Virus record (IMG/VR): IMGVR_UViG_3300008267_000040
Location: 39,629 to 103,628 of that record
DNA length: 64,000 nt
Origin: a virus
Direction: 5' to 3' (one strand)
In this document: piece after piece, positions 1 to 10,600 of the stretch
Layout of the letters: the number at the start of each line of letters is the position of its first letter
Position numbering within the stretch: the stretch's first letter is position 1
Translations under genes and position numbers: made by a program
Notes under the pieces: generated by a model
Seen by the model: only the letters and a program-made list of their open reading frames with translations
Databases searched by the model: none
What the model was told of the DNA's origin: nothing

Positions 1-3000
1 TGACAACTGCAGAAGATTCTGCAGCACCAATAAATCCGAATATACTTCCAGATCCAGCATAACTCTTACTCTTTCTTTCTTCGGCAGTTCCAACAAAGTC
101 AAATAGTGTTGTTGAAATTGCTGGAGTGAAGGATACTCTTTCTGCACCACCACCAAAACCAAATAATGTTCCAGTAGTAGTCCAGTTTGTATTTCTTTCT
201 GTTTTTGCTGCTCCACCAAACTTGAACAATGTAGTTGAAGTTGGGGGTACAACAGTAGAAGACTCCTGAGCACTGACAAAGATGACTTTGCCATTGATAT
301 CGAGAATTGAATCCCTGGTACGGAATCGAACAAGACCAGAACCAATATAAGATTCTGTATTCTTTTCTGCCGCAGATCCAGTAAACTTGAATAGTGTTGT
401 TTTTGTCTCTGCAGAACTGGTTGTTTCTGTCTTGCTGACAAACGTAAAGAGAGAACCAGTACCAATGTGAGTATAAAGATTGCGTACTATACCAGAACCA
501 GTGATTCTGAATAGAGTCTTGAATTCTGGTAGTTTTCTGCCAATAGACTCTGCACCACCAGTAAATCCAAAGATGCGTCCAGAACCAACATAAGATTCTG
601 TATTCTTCTCGATTGCAGAACCAAATATAGTTGTTTTTCCAGATCCAATATGCTTCAGTCTTGCAATTATATTTGCATTTCCAGAGAGTTTTGTCTCTGT
701 TGAACCAGTATAAGATTCTACATTCTTCTCTACTGCAGATCCAGTAAATCTGAATAGTGTTCCACTTACTGGTGGTCTGCTTGCCGCAACAGTTACTGAA
801 GAATTTAAACCAAAGAGTGAACCAGTTCCGATATATGGTCTTGCTCTTGGTGTTTCAGCACTACCATTAATCGAAAGTTGTCCTTGACCAACGTGAACTG
901 GTTTTGTTTGCGTTCTTGCATTTCCAGAAAGGGTAATGAAACCAGAACCAACTTCTCCGTAGATAAAGAATAGTGTGACAACACCAGTTGCTCTGAATAA
1001 CGCACCATCAGTTTTTGGAACAACTGTGTTCCTTTCAATTCCAGAGATATAACGTTGTTTTTCACGAGCATCAAGACCAGAAACTCTTTGTCTGAGATTG
1101 AATGTTCCTCCTCCAACTTCTGTTAGAGTGAATCCAATTGCGGAAGAACCACCAAATCTGAATAGTGCTCCCTGTGGGAGCAGTGAACCAGAAACAACAG
1201 AAGTTGAACTGTCGAATGTAAAGAGTGAACCAGAACCAACATAAGATTCTGTATTTCTCTCGTCTGCAGATCCAGTAAACTTGAAGAGACCTGTTGAAAC
1301 CTTGGTTGCTGCAGAAGACTCGGTAGAACTGATGAAGGTAAAGAGTGAACCAGTACCAACATAAGATTCTGTATTCTTCTCAATTGCATTTCCTGCAAAC
1401 TTGAAGAGACCTGTTGTTGATGGAGCATTTGATTTGACTTCTGATGCACCAGTGAATGCAAAGATGCGTCCAGTACCAACATAAGATTCTGTATTCTTCT
1501 CAATTGCATTTCCTGCAAACTTGAAGAGTACTGTTGCAACAAGAGAACTTGAGGTAGATTCTGCTGCTCCAGTAAACGCAAAGATACGACCAGAACCAAT
1601 ATGTGGTGCGGGAGTAATTGCTTGCGGAGAAGATCCAAAGAACTTGAAGAGACCTGTTGCTGATGGAGCATTGGACTTGACTTCTGTTTTGGTTCCAAAT
1701 GCGAAGAGTGAACCAGAACCAACATAGGATTCTGTATTCTTGATATTTGTTGCTGCACCAAATAAGGTAATAGTACCAGAACCAATATGTGGTTCTTGAG
1801 TAATAGATTCTTGACCACCAACAATTGCAAAGAGAGATCCAGAACCAACATGAACTAAACCAAAACCTATAGTTGCAGAACTAATTCTGGTTATTTGTAG
1901 GTTTCCACTACCATTATATCCAAATGATCTATATGCAGGTATTGGTGTCGAGAATACTTTTACTCGACCAGTACCAAAGTAGGATTCTGTATTTCTTTCT
2001 GTTGCAGTTCCAAATAATGTAATTCCACCAGAACCAATATGTGGTTCTTGAGTAATAGATTCTTGACCACCAACAATTGCAAACAGTGAACCAGAACCAA
2101 CATGAGATAGAGATGCTTTTAACTGGGAAGAACCAAGGAACTTGAATAGTCCAGTTGTTTCTTGTGCAGATAGTCTTGTCTCTGAAGCACCAGTAAATGC
2201 ATATAATGTTCCAGAACCAACATGAGATAGTGCTGCTTGTACTGATGCCTTATTATCACTAAATCTAAATCTTCCATATGGGAAGATATTTTCATTGTCA
2301 GTAATATAACCATAATTAACTTTTTGTTGACCATAATTAGTTGGTTCACTTATGAATCCATAATCATCTTCAGAAGTATAATTATCAGCAACAAATCCAT
2401 AATCAAGTCCATCAATAGTTACTACAGAAGATTCGTTGTAGTCATAAGTGACTTTTTCTGCATGACCAACAAATCCAAATAGTGAACCAGAACCAATATA
2501 GGATTCTGCATTCTTCTGGACTGCAGAACCAAAGAATTTAAATAGACCTGTTGTTGATTTTACTAGTGCTCTTGCTTCTCCAGAACCAGTAAATGCATAT
2601 AATGTTCCAGAACCAATATGTGGTGCAGGAACGATAGATTGACCAGCAGAACCAGAAATCTTAATATCCGATTTTTTGATTTCTGTTTTTTCTGCAGTTG
2701 CTTTTGATATTGCTGTCCCAACAAATCCAAATAGTGAACCAGAACCAATTTGTGATAAAGATGCTTTTGGTTCTGAGTTTCCAAATATAGTGAATTTTCC
2801 AACACCAATGTGTTTTGGTAAAATGAATAAACGAGCATTTCCAAATATGGAAATTGTTCCAGTGGTAGTTTGATTTGGTGAGAATACAATTCCAGTATCG
2901 GAACTTAATTTTAACTTACCAAATGGTAATCTTGTATCATTATCGGTAATATAACCATAATCAATCTTATTCCATGGTTTTTGTGGACTTGGTTCTTCAC

Positions 3001-3910
3001 TTATTAGTCCAAAGTCATCTTCAGAAGTGTAATTATCGGTAACAAATCCATAATCAAGTCCTTCTGGTCTTATTACTGATGATTCATTATAGTCATAAGT
3101 TACTCTTTCTGCATGTCCAACGAATCCAAATAGGGAACCAGAACCAACATAAGATTCTCCATTCTTTTCTGTAGCAGAACCAGAGAATCTAAAGATATTT
3201 GTTTCTGACTTCGTAATGATAACTCTTGATAGTCCAGCACCAGTAAATGCAGAGAATAGTCCAGTGCTGGAATAATTTCCTCTTGAGAATGCATCAAAAG
3301 CACCACCAAAAACACGAATGCGGAGTTTTGCTTCTGGTGGTGTATTTGTTGTAGATTTTGCTGCTCCATTGAATCCAAACAAAGCACCAGAACCATACTG
3401 ATACGCAGTTCTGGTGCTTTGAGAATATCCAAATGGTCGAATTCTTCCTGAACCAATATGTATTGGTAATACGTAAATTTTTGCCTTTCCACTGACAAGG
3501 AAAGTTAAACCACCAACACTATTCCTTACCAGACTTACATCTGCAAACTCTGTAGAAATAGATAATTTTCCAAATGGTGTCGATGCCGATATAATTGTAA
3601 TTGTACCGTAATCGAAAATTTGAGAACGACTTACTATGGAATCAGTTACGTCACCAAAATCATCATAATATGAAACTAAATCCGAAATTAGACCATAATC
3701 TTCACTCTCAAATGAAACAATGGCAGATTCATTATATGAATATGCTCTTTGTTCTTCTAGTTCTTCTGAATGGGAAGAAATTTTAAAGTCTGGATCTCCT
3801 ATAAAAGTAAAATCCGACAACAAAACTGAGGAGTAGTTGCTAATGATTTCATTAGCATAACGACTAATCCTATGGCTGTCAGATCCAGTTGTATAGGAGA
3901 ATATGGCCAT
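1..3910 (-). CDS. Very large repeat-rich virion structural/fibre protein (>1300 aa, 3' end outside window)
   Basis: Manual translation from ATG at 3910 (MAIFSYTTGSDSH...) stays open to the window edge. Contains many ~20/40-aa repeats (E-K-N-T-E-S-Y-V-G-S-G-S-L-F-x-F-x-G; T-G-L-F-K-F-x-G) and DYG-rich modules. Start overlaps the upstream stop (TGATG). Missing from the ORF track because there is no stop in the window. Confidence 0.88.
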   Translation of the reverse strand, partial: MAIFSYTTGSDSHRISRYANEIISNYSSVLLSDFTFIGDPDFKISSHSEELEEQRAYSYNESAIVSFESEDYGLISDLVSYYDDFGDVTDSIVSRSQIFDYGTITIISASTPFGKLSISTEFADVSLVRNSVGGLTFLVSGKAKIYVLPIHIGSGRIRPFGYSQSTRTAYQYGSGALFGFNGAAKSTTNTPPEAKLRIRVFGGAFDAFSRGNYSSTGLFSAFTGAGLSRVIITKSETNIFRFSGSATEKNGESYVGSGSLFGFVGHAERVTYDYNESSVIRPEGLDYGFVTDNYTSEDDFGLISEEPSPQKPWNKIDYGYITDNDTRLPFGKLKLSSDTGIVFSPNQTTTGTISIFGNARLFILPKHIGVGKFTIFGNSEPKASLSQIGSGSLFGFVGTAISKATAEKTEIKKSDIKISGSAGQSIVPAPHIGSGTLYAFTGSGEARALVKSTTGLFKFFGSAVQKNAESYIGSGSLFGFVGHAEKVTYDYNESSVVTIDGLDYGFVADNYTSEDDYGFISEPTNYGQQKVNYGYITDNENIFPYGRFRFSDNKASVQAALSHVGSGTLYAFTGASETRLSAQETTGLFKFLGSSQLKASLSHVGSGSLFAIVGGQESITQEPHIGSGGITLFGTATERNTESYFGTGRVKVFSTPIPAYRSFGYNGSGNLQITRISSATIGFGLVHVGSGSLFAIVGGQESITQEPHIGSGTITLFGAATNIKNTESYVGSGSLFAFGTKTEVKSNAPSATGLFKFFGSSPQAITPAPHIGSGRIFAFTGAAESTSSSLVATVLFKFAGNAIEKNTESYVGTGRIFAFTGASEVKSNAPSTTGLFKFAGNAIEKNTESYVGTGSLFTFISSTESSAATKVSTGLFKFTGSADERNTESYVGSGSLFTFDSSTSVVSGSLLPQGALFRFGGSSAIGFTLTEVGGGTFNLRQRVSGLDAREKQRYISGIERNTVVPKTDGALFRATGVVTLFFIYGEVGSGFITLSGNARTQTKPVHVGQGQLSINGSAETPRARPYIGTGSLFGLNSSVTVAASRPPVSGTLFRFTGSAVEKNVESYTGSTETKLSGNANIIARLKHIGSGKTTIFGSAIEKNTESYVGSGRIFGFTGGAESIGRKLPEFKTLFRITGSGIVRNLYTHIGTGSLFTFVSKTETTSSAETKTTLFKFTGSAAEKNTESYIGSGLVRFRTRDSILDINGKVIFVSAQESSTVVPPTSTTLFKFGGAAKTERNTNWTTTGTLFGFGGGAERVSFTPAISTTLFDFVGTAEERKSKSYAGSGSIFGFIGAAESSAVV
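1350..1528. repeat. Intragenic direct repeat, ~59 bp identical with 120-bp (40-codon) period
   Basis: ccagtaccaacataagattctgtattcttctcaattgcatttcctgcaaacttgaagag at 1350-1408 and 1470-1528. Other near-duplications at ~1775-1853 vs ~2027-2105. Confidence 0.9.
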
Positions 3911-4881
3911 CAGTTAATTTTAAACACCTCCATCTTCGTCCATGAACCATCAACAGTTCCTCTAACAGTTTGACTGGTTGGATTTGAAGTATAAACTGTA
4001 AAATCAATATAATCTGTTGTTCCGTTCATTGTGACAATTCCACAGACAGTTTGACTATATGAAAAAGTTGTTATCCCAACTTGATGTAATGCAAATGTAG
4101 TTCCATTTTTTCTTAGTTGAATATTTGATTGATTATTTGTTACAGTTCCTGCTTGCCAGTTCATCATTGCATCAACACGATAAGTTCCTGCAACGGTTGG
4201 TGTGGTACGAGTTGTAATTCCACTGTACCAACCATTACTATCACTTGTTGCAGTAAAAACAATTAAAGTGTCAACACCTGTAGTAACAGTTTGATCTGTT
4301 GTTCTTGCAAGTTTTACATAATAATTTCCAGGTGCATTGAGATTACCAGTGATTGTTGTGGCACCAGAAACACTTAACTGATTTGTAAAAGTAGTTCCAG
4401 TGACTGTTACACCAGTGCCAAGAGTTTCAAACTTTTTAGAGTTATCAAAATAAAGTTCTACAGAACCATTAGTATTAAATTTTGCTTTATTCTCAGTATA
4501 TGAAAGATCGGTGATAATTAAACTATTATCACCAGCAATATAAAGATCACCAGTTCCAGAATCTGCAATAGCACTTATGGATCCATTGTGTCCAATATAC
4601 AAATCACCACTATTACCAAAATATCCAAACACATTGTCTGCAAAGTAAGCAGAAGTCCCAAAACTTACGGACCCAGTGAATGTAGAAAAACCAGTGACTT
4701 GCAGTTGAGTGACTGAACTGATACCACCTATGACACTTGTAGATACTCCAGAGGTTGCTGCATAACCAGCAGTAATAACATAAGTAGGAGTTCCCAACCC
4801 AACAACGTCTAGTGCAAGATTATTAATCTCAACACGTTGCTGTTCGAAGGTATAATTTGGACCGACATAACGTAATGTCAT
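3910..4881 (-). CDS. Tail fibre-like protein with C-terminal C1q/TNF-like jelly-roll domain
   Basis: 323 aa. N-terminal TFEQQRVEINNLA and SVELYFDNSKKFET cyanophage fibre motifs. C-terminus (TPTVAGTYRV...QLRKNG...MNGTTDYIDF) has a C1q-like pattern. Confidence 0.7.
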   Translation of the reverse strand: MTLRYVGPNYTFEQQRVEINNLALDVVGLGTPTYVITAGYAATSGVSTSVIGGISSVTQLQVTGFSTFTGSVSFGTSAYFADNVFGYFGNSGDLYIGHNGSISAIADSGTGDLYIAGDNSLIITDLSYTENKAKFNTNGSVELYFDNSKKFETLGTGVTVTGTTFTNQLSVSGATTITGNLNAPGNYYVKLARTTDQTVTTGVDTLIVFTATSDSNGWYSGITTRTTPTVAGTYRVDAMMNWQAGTVTNNQSNIQLRKNGTTFALHQVGITTFSYSQTVCGIVTMNGTTDYIDFTVYTSNPTSQTVRGTVDGSWTKMEVFKIN

Positions 4882-4897
4882 ATTAATCTCCTACCTT

Positions 4898-4933
4898 AAA
4901 AAAATAGGAGGGATTACTTTTGCAACCCCTCCA
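4898..4933 (-). terminator. Rho-independent terminator
   Basis: Minus strand GGAGGGGTTGC-AAAA-GTAATCCCTCC followed by TATTTTTTT, just downstream of the 4958..6337 gene. Confidence 0.65.
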
Positions 4934-4957
4934 TAATAAAGATATAATTTTGAAAAA

Positions 4958-6337
4958 TCAGTCGAGGCTGATATTTAGAGTAACCTTAATTTGGTCTCCG
5001 TTGTTCTGAATGTTGTAAGGACCGTTTGTAAATCTTTCAGCAAACATGATGCTACTGTAAAGAGTAGCACTTCCAACACCAGCAAGTGCTGGAGTCGTTC
5101 TGAATACGTCTGTTCCAACAGTCTCAAAGATTGTATATGTTGATGAAGCAGTTGTTGTATTTCCTGTTCCTGCTGCGATATAAATTACATCTCCAGGAAC
5201 TAGTCCGTGACTTGGTGCAGTTACTTGGCTGCAGTTGAAGAATACAGTAGCACCAGTAGCAGCCTGAATGTTATTTACCAGGTTGTTGCTTAGGTAAACA
5301 ATTCTTTCACGTTCATCAAAACCAGTTACTAAAGTTCCTTCTGGGAGTGCATTAACTTCCCCAACAACGTTTCCATGAGTGACTGCCATACCTACAGTGA
5401 TGTTTTCTCCAACATTTTCTGTAAATGTAACGATTCCAGCTACTGTTGTTGTATTTCCTTTATCTAATACAATAGTATTTGTGCCAGCAACACCAACAAC
5501 TCTTGCGTTTGGTGCGATTCCAGTACCAACTACTCTTTGGTTAGTGGTGATTCCAGTTGGAGCATCAACTTCAACTACAAATGAACCAGTTGAACCAACA
5601 CCAGTTGGACTATATTTCTTATCAAATAAGGTAATATAGTTTCTACCAATGGTTCCTGTTGTTTGGGTTTTTGCTACTGCTACAGCAGTTGAAACAGTTG
5701 CAGCATCTTGAACCCCATGAATTTCAACAGGCATATTATTTGCTCTTACCAAGTAGTAACCATACTGGTTATTGGCAGCAGAGCTGAATGTAAATGTTTG
5801 CTCTGGGTATGAAGCAGTAGTTGTTCCTCTACCAAATTCCAATGATTGGTTTAGGAAAGTTCCTGTATTTGGAACAGTAAGAACGATTGTATTTCCATCA
5901 ATAGCAGCAACTGTAGCACGAGTTCCAACACCACCACCAGAAACGTAGTGACCAACTGCAATATTTGTTGTTGATGATACAGTAATTGTGTACTGGTTTA
6001 CAGTTCCAGAACCGTTTGTGGTAACAATTGGAGTGGTGATTGTTCTAACATTCCACAAGTTTCCATTTAGCAGAATGCCAAATTGTTCTGTATAGTCTTG
6101 ATCAAATCTATTATTGATTACTCTTGGATATCCATTGGATGGGTCAGTTCCATAACCAATGTTGCCAGAAGCATCATATGGTTCATAAAACTTATTTTGA
6201 GCAGGAACATCAGATTCCGCTGGGGTTGTGTCACTTGAATATAATTTAAGAATTAAATTCCTTGGAATTTCGTGACTACTATTTACAAGATATCTTAGGG
6301 ATTGAAGTTCGCCACAATCTGGAACTAATAGTGCCAT
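4958..6337 (-). CDS. Conserved cyanophage virion structural protein
   Basis: 459 aa. MALLVP..GELQSLRYL...LILKLY N-terminus and FAERFTNGPYNIQNNGDQIKVTLNISLD C-terminus typical of cyanomyovirus structural genes. Late promoter upstream. Confidence 0.7.
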   Translation of the reverse strand: MALLVPDCGELQSLRYLVNSSHEIPRNLILKLYSSDTTPAESDVPAQNKFYEPYDASGNIGYGTDPSNGYPRVINNRFDQDYTEQFGILLNGNLWNVRTITTPIVTTNGSGTVNQYTITVSSTTNIAVGHYVSGGGVGTRATVAAIDGNTIVLTVPNTGTFLNQSLEFGRGTTTASYPEQTFTFSSAANNQYGYYLVRANNMPVEIHGVQDAATVSTAVAVAKTQTTGTIGRNYITLFDKKYSPTGVGSTGSFVVEVDAPTGITTNQRVVGTGIAPNARVVGVAGTNTIVLDKGNTTTVAGIVTFTENVGENITVGMAVTHGNVVGEVNALPEGTLVTGFDERERIVYLSNNLVNNIQAATGATVFFNCSQVTAPSHGLVPGDVIYIAAGTGNTTTASSTYTIFETVGTDVFRTTPALAGVGSATLYSSIMFAERFTNGPYNIQNNGDQIKVTLNISLD

Positions 6338-6378
6338 TGATAATGTCTCCTGACTCGTTATAAATTACTTTATATTCT

Positions 6379-6386
6379 TATTTATA
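6379..6386 (-). promoter_or_regulatory. T4-type late promoter TATAAATA
   Basis: TATTTATA on + strand, ~40 nt upstream of the 6337 start. Similar ATAAATA sites at 7460-7466, 26235-26241 and 37107-37113. Confidence 0.75.
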
Positions 6387-6398
6387 TATTACTAAAAA

Positions 6399-7106
6399 TC
6401 AAATTTTTAGTTTCAAAAATACGGAACACCTTTGTATTCCGACACAACTCAATACTTCAAATCTTAAAACATCACCAAGTTCTAATGTTTTTGACCATGT
6501 TGTAAGATTATCGTCTTTATTTTTATTTTGATTATTTAGGATGGGGTATTCATTTCCCACAATAGAAGAAAAATTATTCGGAAAATTAGTATAAGATGAT
6601 TTTTCAATGTCAAATGCTATTGTTCCTGTTGTTTCTGATAATATTGTCCATGATTCTAAAGTCCCAGTCACATCTAAAGTTAAATATCCTTTATTTCCTG
6701 GAGCAATGTCCTGAGACCCATTATCAACCATAAAAACAATGGTTCTTGTTAAATCTGCCGTTGTTTGTAGAGCTATTCCAGAAAAATTTGATCCAGATAC
6801 TGGTGGATTTGTAAAATATAAAGTATTTCCAGATACTTGATAATCAACGATTGGTCTTAAAACTATTCCATTAATTGAAATTACTAATTGTTGCTCATTC
6901 GCTGGTGTATATGGTTGACCATTTACTGTCAATAAAAAAGATGTAGTAGACCCATTAAATTGTAATGATATATTATCCAATATCAAATTAGTATATTGAA
7001 TACTTCTTAGAGGTGCCTCATAATTTACACCAATGTTATATTGGTCCTCTTGGACCAAATTGACATTAAAATTAGGAGACGATACTACTACATCGTAGTT
7101 GCTCAT
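6399..7106 (-). CDS. Virion structural protein (baseplate-associated repeat)
   Basis: 235 aa. Contains the LDNISLQFNGSTTSF...QLVISINGIVLRP module also seen in gp7-like proteins. Confidence 0.6.
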   Translation of the reverse strand: MSNYDVVVSSPNFNVNLVQEDQYNIGVNYEAPLRSIQYTNLILDNISLQFNGSTTSFLLTVNGQPYTPANEQQLVISINGIVLRPIVDYQVSGNTLYFTNPPVSGSNFSGIALQTTADLTRTIVFMVDNGSQDIAPGNKGYLTLDVTGTLESWTILSETTGTIAFDIEKSSYTNFPNNFSSIVGNEYPILNNQNKNKDDNLTTWSKTLELGDVLRFEVLSCVGIQRCSVFLKLKI

Positions 7107-7438
7107 ATACTAACTCCAGGAGTAACTAAAAGACTTCCTTGAACAACTCTTGTATTATAATTTGATGGAGATGTAATTACAACATCATAAACATATCTTC
7201 CACCTTCCATTAGTGAAGTTTCCGTTTTTGCCATTGAAACCATTATTTTTCCCTGTGTTCTATCGGGAAAAGAAATAGTAAATGGATATGTTTTTGATGA
7301 ATAAGGGCTCTTTTTGATATAACTTATTGCAGTATAGTTGAATAAGTTCAATCTTGAACCATTTTCATTATAAATCGTAAAGGTACTTTGAAAATCTGCA
7401 CCTTGCTCTAAAACGAGATTTATAATCTTAGCAGACAT
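7103..7438 (-). CDS. Small beta-sandwich virion/tail protein
   Basis: 111 aa. NLVLEQGADF...GRYVYDV...TRVVQGSLLVTPGV motif common in T4-like cyanophages. Confidence 0.7.
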   Translation of the reverse strand: MSAKIINLVLEQGADFQSTFTIYNENGSRLNLFNYTAISYIKKSPYSSKTYPFTISFPDRTQGKIMVSMAKTETSLMEGGRYVYDVVITSPSNYNTRVVQGSLLVTPGVSI

Positions 7439-7454
7439 TGCAAGAAGTTACTTT

Positions 7455-7658
7455 TTAGTTATTTATCCTTTCTACCAATAATTTTAGGCAATCTTTTATT
7501 TCTTGGATATCTGATTTTATGTTATCCAATTCTTCCCGTTCTTGTATTTTTCTATTTTTTATTTTCATATACTCATTGTATTCGTGTTCATTGCAATTCA
7601 AAACTGCATTGGTCTCTTCATCTCTAAAGAGACCATTACTATCTTTTATGGGTATCAT
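7455..7658 (-). CDS. Conserved small cyanophage protein (coiled coil)
   Basis: 67 aa. LFRDEETNAVLN motif; this gene usually follows the VrlC-like gene. Confidence 0.7.
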   Translation of the reverse strand: MIPIKDSNGLFRDEETNAVLNCNEHEYNEYMKIKNRKIQEREELDNIKSDIQEIKDCLKLLVERINN

Positions 7659-10600
7659 AATACTGCGATTGCTCTTAGATCTTTAATTTTTGGTACAACT
7701 GATTGATTTTTTCCTGCCATGATAATTTTTATTTGGAACCCATTGAATAATGGTAGGTCTTTAGCAGTATATTCATAACTTCTATATTCCGATTCGGAAG
7801 AAGAAGGTAAAACATTAATATCTGGAGTACCATCATTATTTTTTGGATCAATCACATTGCCATTTAAATCTACATTTCTGAAACCAGGGAACAATTCAAA
7901 TAGTTGTTGGTCATCTGGAGTGTCAGATCTCAACAATCGATACATTACTATAATTTCATTTGAAACATCTCTATAAGCATCAAAGTAAACTTTGAGACTA
8001 TCTGCACCTTTTTGCAATCTAATTACTTTGGAGATATAAATTGCAGAAGTTGGATCATCATAAAGACTATTAACTCTAGGATCAGTTACATAATTTGCAA
8101 CTGGTCTATCAAGTCTATTCATTGTTGTAATAATATTAACTCTATCCAAGTCTATAATTGGTGAAACTTTAGTATCACTAGTGGAAAGAGTCATTTCCAT
8201 AACAAAGGACTTATATCCAAGATAGCTCTGAAGATTTGCAACTTCGTTGACCCTTGATGCAATAATTCTTGGATTATCAAAGTAATTATTTGAATTCAAT
8301 GATATTGATTCAAATTCTCTGGCACTAAATGGTAGTTCAGTCCCATTTACACTCTTTCCAGTCACTGTTCTAATTTTTGCATCAAGTGATGTTGTTTCTG
8401 GAAGAAGTGATTGAATATTTGGTCTTAAACTATCAAATTGTATATTTTGAGATGCCTTTGGTCCAGAAATAGTATTTGCTCCAGATGAACCAACATTTAA
8501 ATCATATGTTCCACCTGTCTTTGTTTCACTAAAGAATAATTGTGGTGGACCAAATCTTCTATCTTTTCCTTTCTCATCAGTTTTTACTTTAATATGATAA
8601 CTATCTAGAGTGATTGGATATTTATTGGTATCTACATCCGCAAATGAGTGTGTTCGATTTATTCTTCTCAAAGAAATACCATTAAACTCATATTTAAATA
8701 CTGGGGAGCCAGAGAAGTGGTACGGTATAACTGTGACATTAAAAACACCAGGATTGTCGATATCAATTCCTCTAGTTATACCAGTAAGAGTATTTGCATC
8801 AGAGTCATATCCAGTGTATCTGATTATTTCATTATTTACCTTGATATATCCTGGATTGTCCGATGATATCCCAATATTTTCAAAACTAGTAAAGATTCCA
8901 ACAGAAGATACTTGGATACTTCCAGTTGCAGCCTGATTGAAGTCACTTACTAATTTTTGTGGAGGTACATCTGATTCAATTCCATAAAGAGTAACCAGGT
9001 TAGTATCAGAATACATTCCATGATTGTTGTGATTTACTTTGAAATGTAATCCATCAGTTAAAAGTTCAGAGTAATTTACGAGTCCATTTGAAATCGTTGA
9101 TATTCCATTGCTTGGATTTACATAAGAAATCTCATTAGCAACGTTCGATGTATTGATTTCATCTTGAACTTGATCTATAATCAATGAATTGAATGATGAA
9201 ATGATTCCAACTAAATTCGGAATTGTCAATACCAAATTTCTACCAAATCCACCAGTTTGACTGCTTGGAACAGTTAATGTATCACCAATAGCATAACCTG
9301 TTCCACCAATAGATACTGTTGCTGCAATTGCAACTCCAGATTGGATAGTTAAATTAACTTTAGCACCAGAACCTCTACCCGATAATGTGGTTAATGGAAG
9401 ATTATTGTATACTGTATTTTCGGTATATCCAACTCCAGGATTCGTTATGCTGAGGTTTGAGTTAATTCCTACAGCACCTACAATACTTGACAACTTTCCA
9501 GAGAAATTAGGATAGTTGGATTGCAATATTGTTGTTCCAGGTACTAAATTGGTAATATCGTAAGTAGATAATGTTCCCGAAAGACCGACTAGAATTTTCT
9601 TAGAATATGCAACTATTGGATTTGGTCTTAGAGAAGCAATTTGTCTATTTCCTACACCTAAATCGGGGTTGTAGAATCGGAAACTTCCAGTGGTTGAAGT
9701 AAATTCTGCTCTATGTAGAATGAATTTTAGATCTTCCAATTGCGATGGTTCCCATGTAGCACCATTTTGCGATTTAAACAATGAACCAAGAGTTGGTTGT
9801 TGGGAAACGATGATTTTTTCTGCTTCTGGTTTATTGATTGTCGATACATCAACTTCAGTCATTCTTGAAATCCAAACATTATATGAGTTTGAATTGGAAA
9901 TCAATACGATAGCATAATCATTGCCACTTTCTAAGAATACGGGAGCAGGGAAAGTAAATGTTGTTGAGACAGAAGCATCTTCAGAAATTGTAATTTGATC
10001 TGGATTTAAAACAACTTCACCAAATGGAAGAATTTCCTGTGATGGTAAACCAAGATATGATGTTCTTAATTGTAAAGTTATAGGAATATTTGCTTCATCT
10101 TTAGTTCTGAAGAAAATTTCACATTTGGTTATGAATACACCATTGTTATCATTTACTTCAAATGTTTGGGCAAGTGGGTCTACCCATCTTCTCTGAATTA
10201 CTCTAGTTGATATTACTGATCTATTTGTAAGAGTTGTATTTGCAACAAGTCTGTCTTCAGTTTCTGTTAAAGTTCTAGAATCTGTTCTAATATTTCTTTC
10301 AATATCAGCATTTCTTACTCTTAAAGTCAAACTTTCTACATTATCTACTGTTCCACTAGAAGTAAAGTTTGCTTCAGCAATACTATCAACGGAACCACCA
10401 ATAGTGGAATTGGTTGAACTTGTGGTCAATGATAATGTTTTTGTTCCAGATTCAAATGTTGGATTTGATGGAATGGTTGGATCTGGAATGAATAAAGCTC
10501 CAATAAATGTTCCAGAGGAATCGGTAACAAGTCTAATGTCTGTTACTGTTGCAATCGCATTGCTCAATGCTCCAACTAGTTGCATTGAAGGTGCAACAGA

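Noticed and set aside
805-3786. ORF-track entries in 805-3786
   Set aside because: They are alternative-frame or antisense shadows of the single large minus-strand gene starting at 3910.
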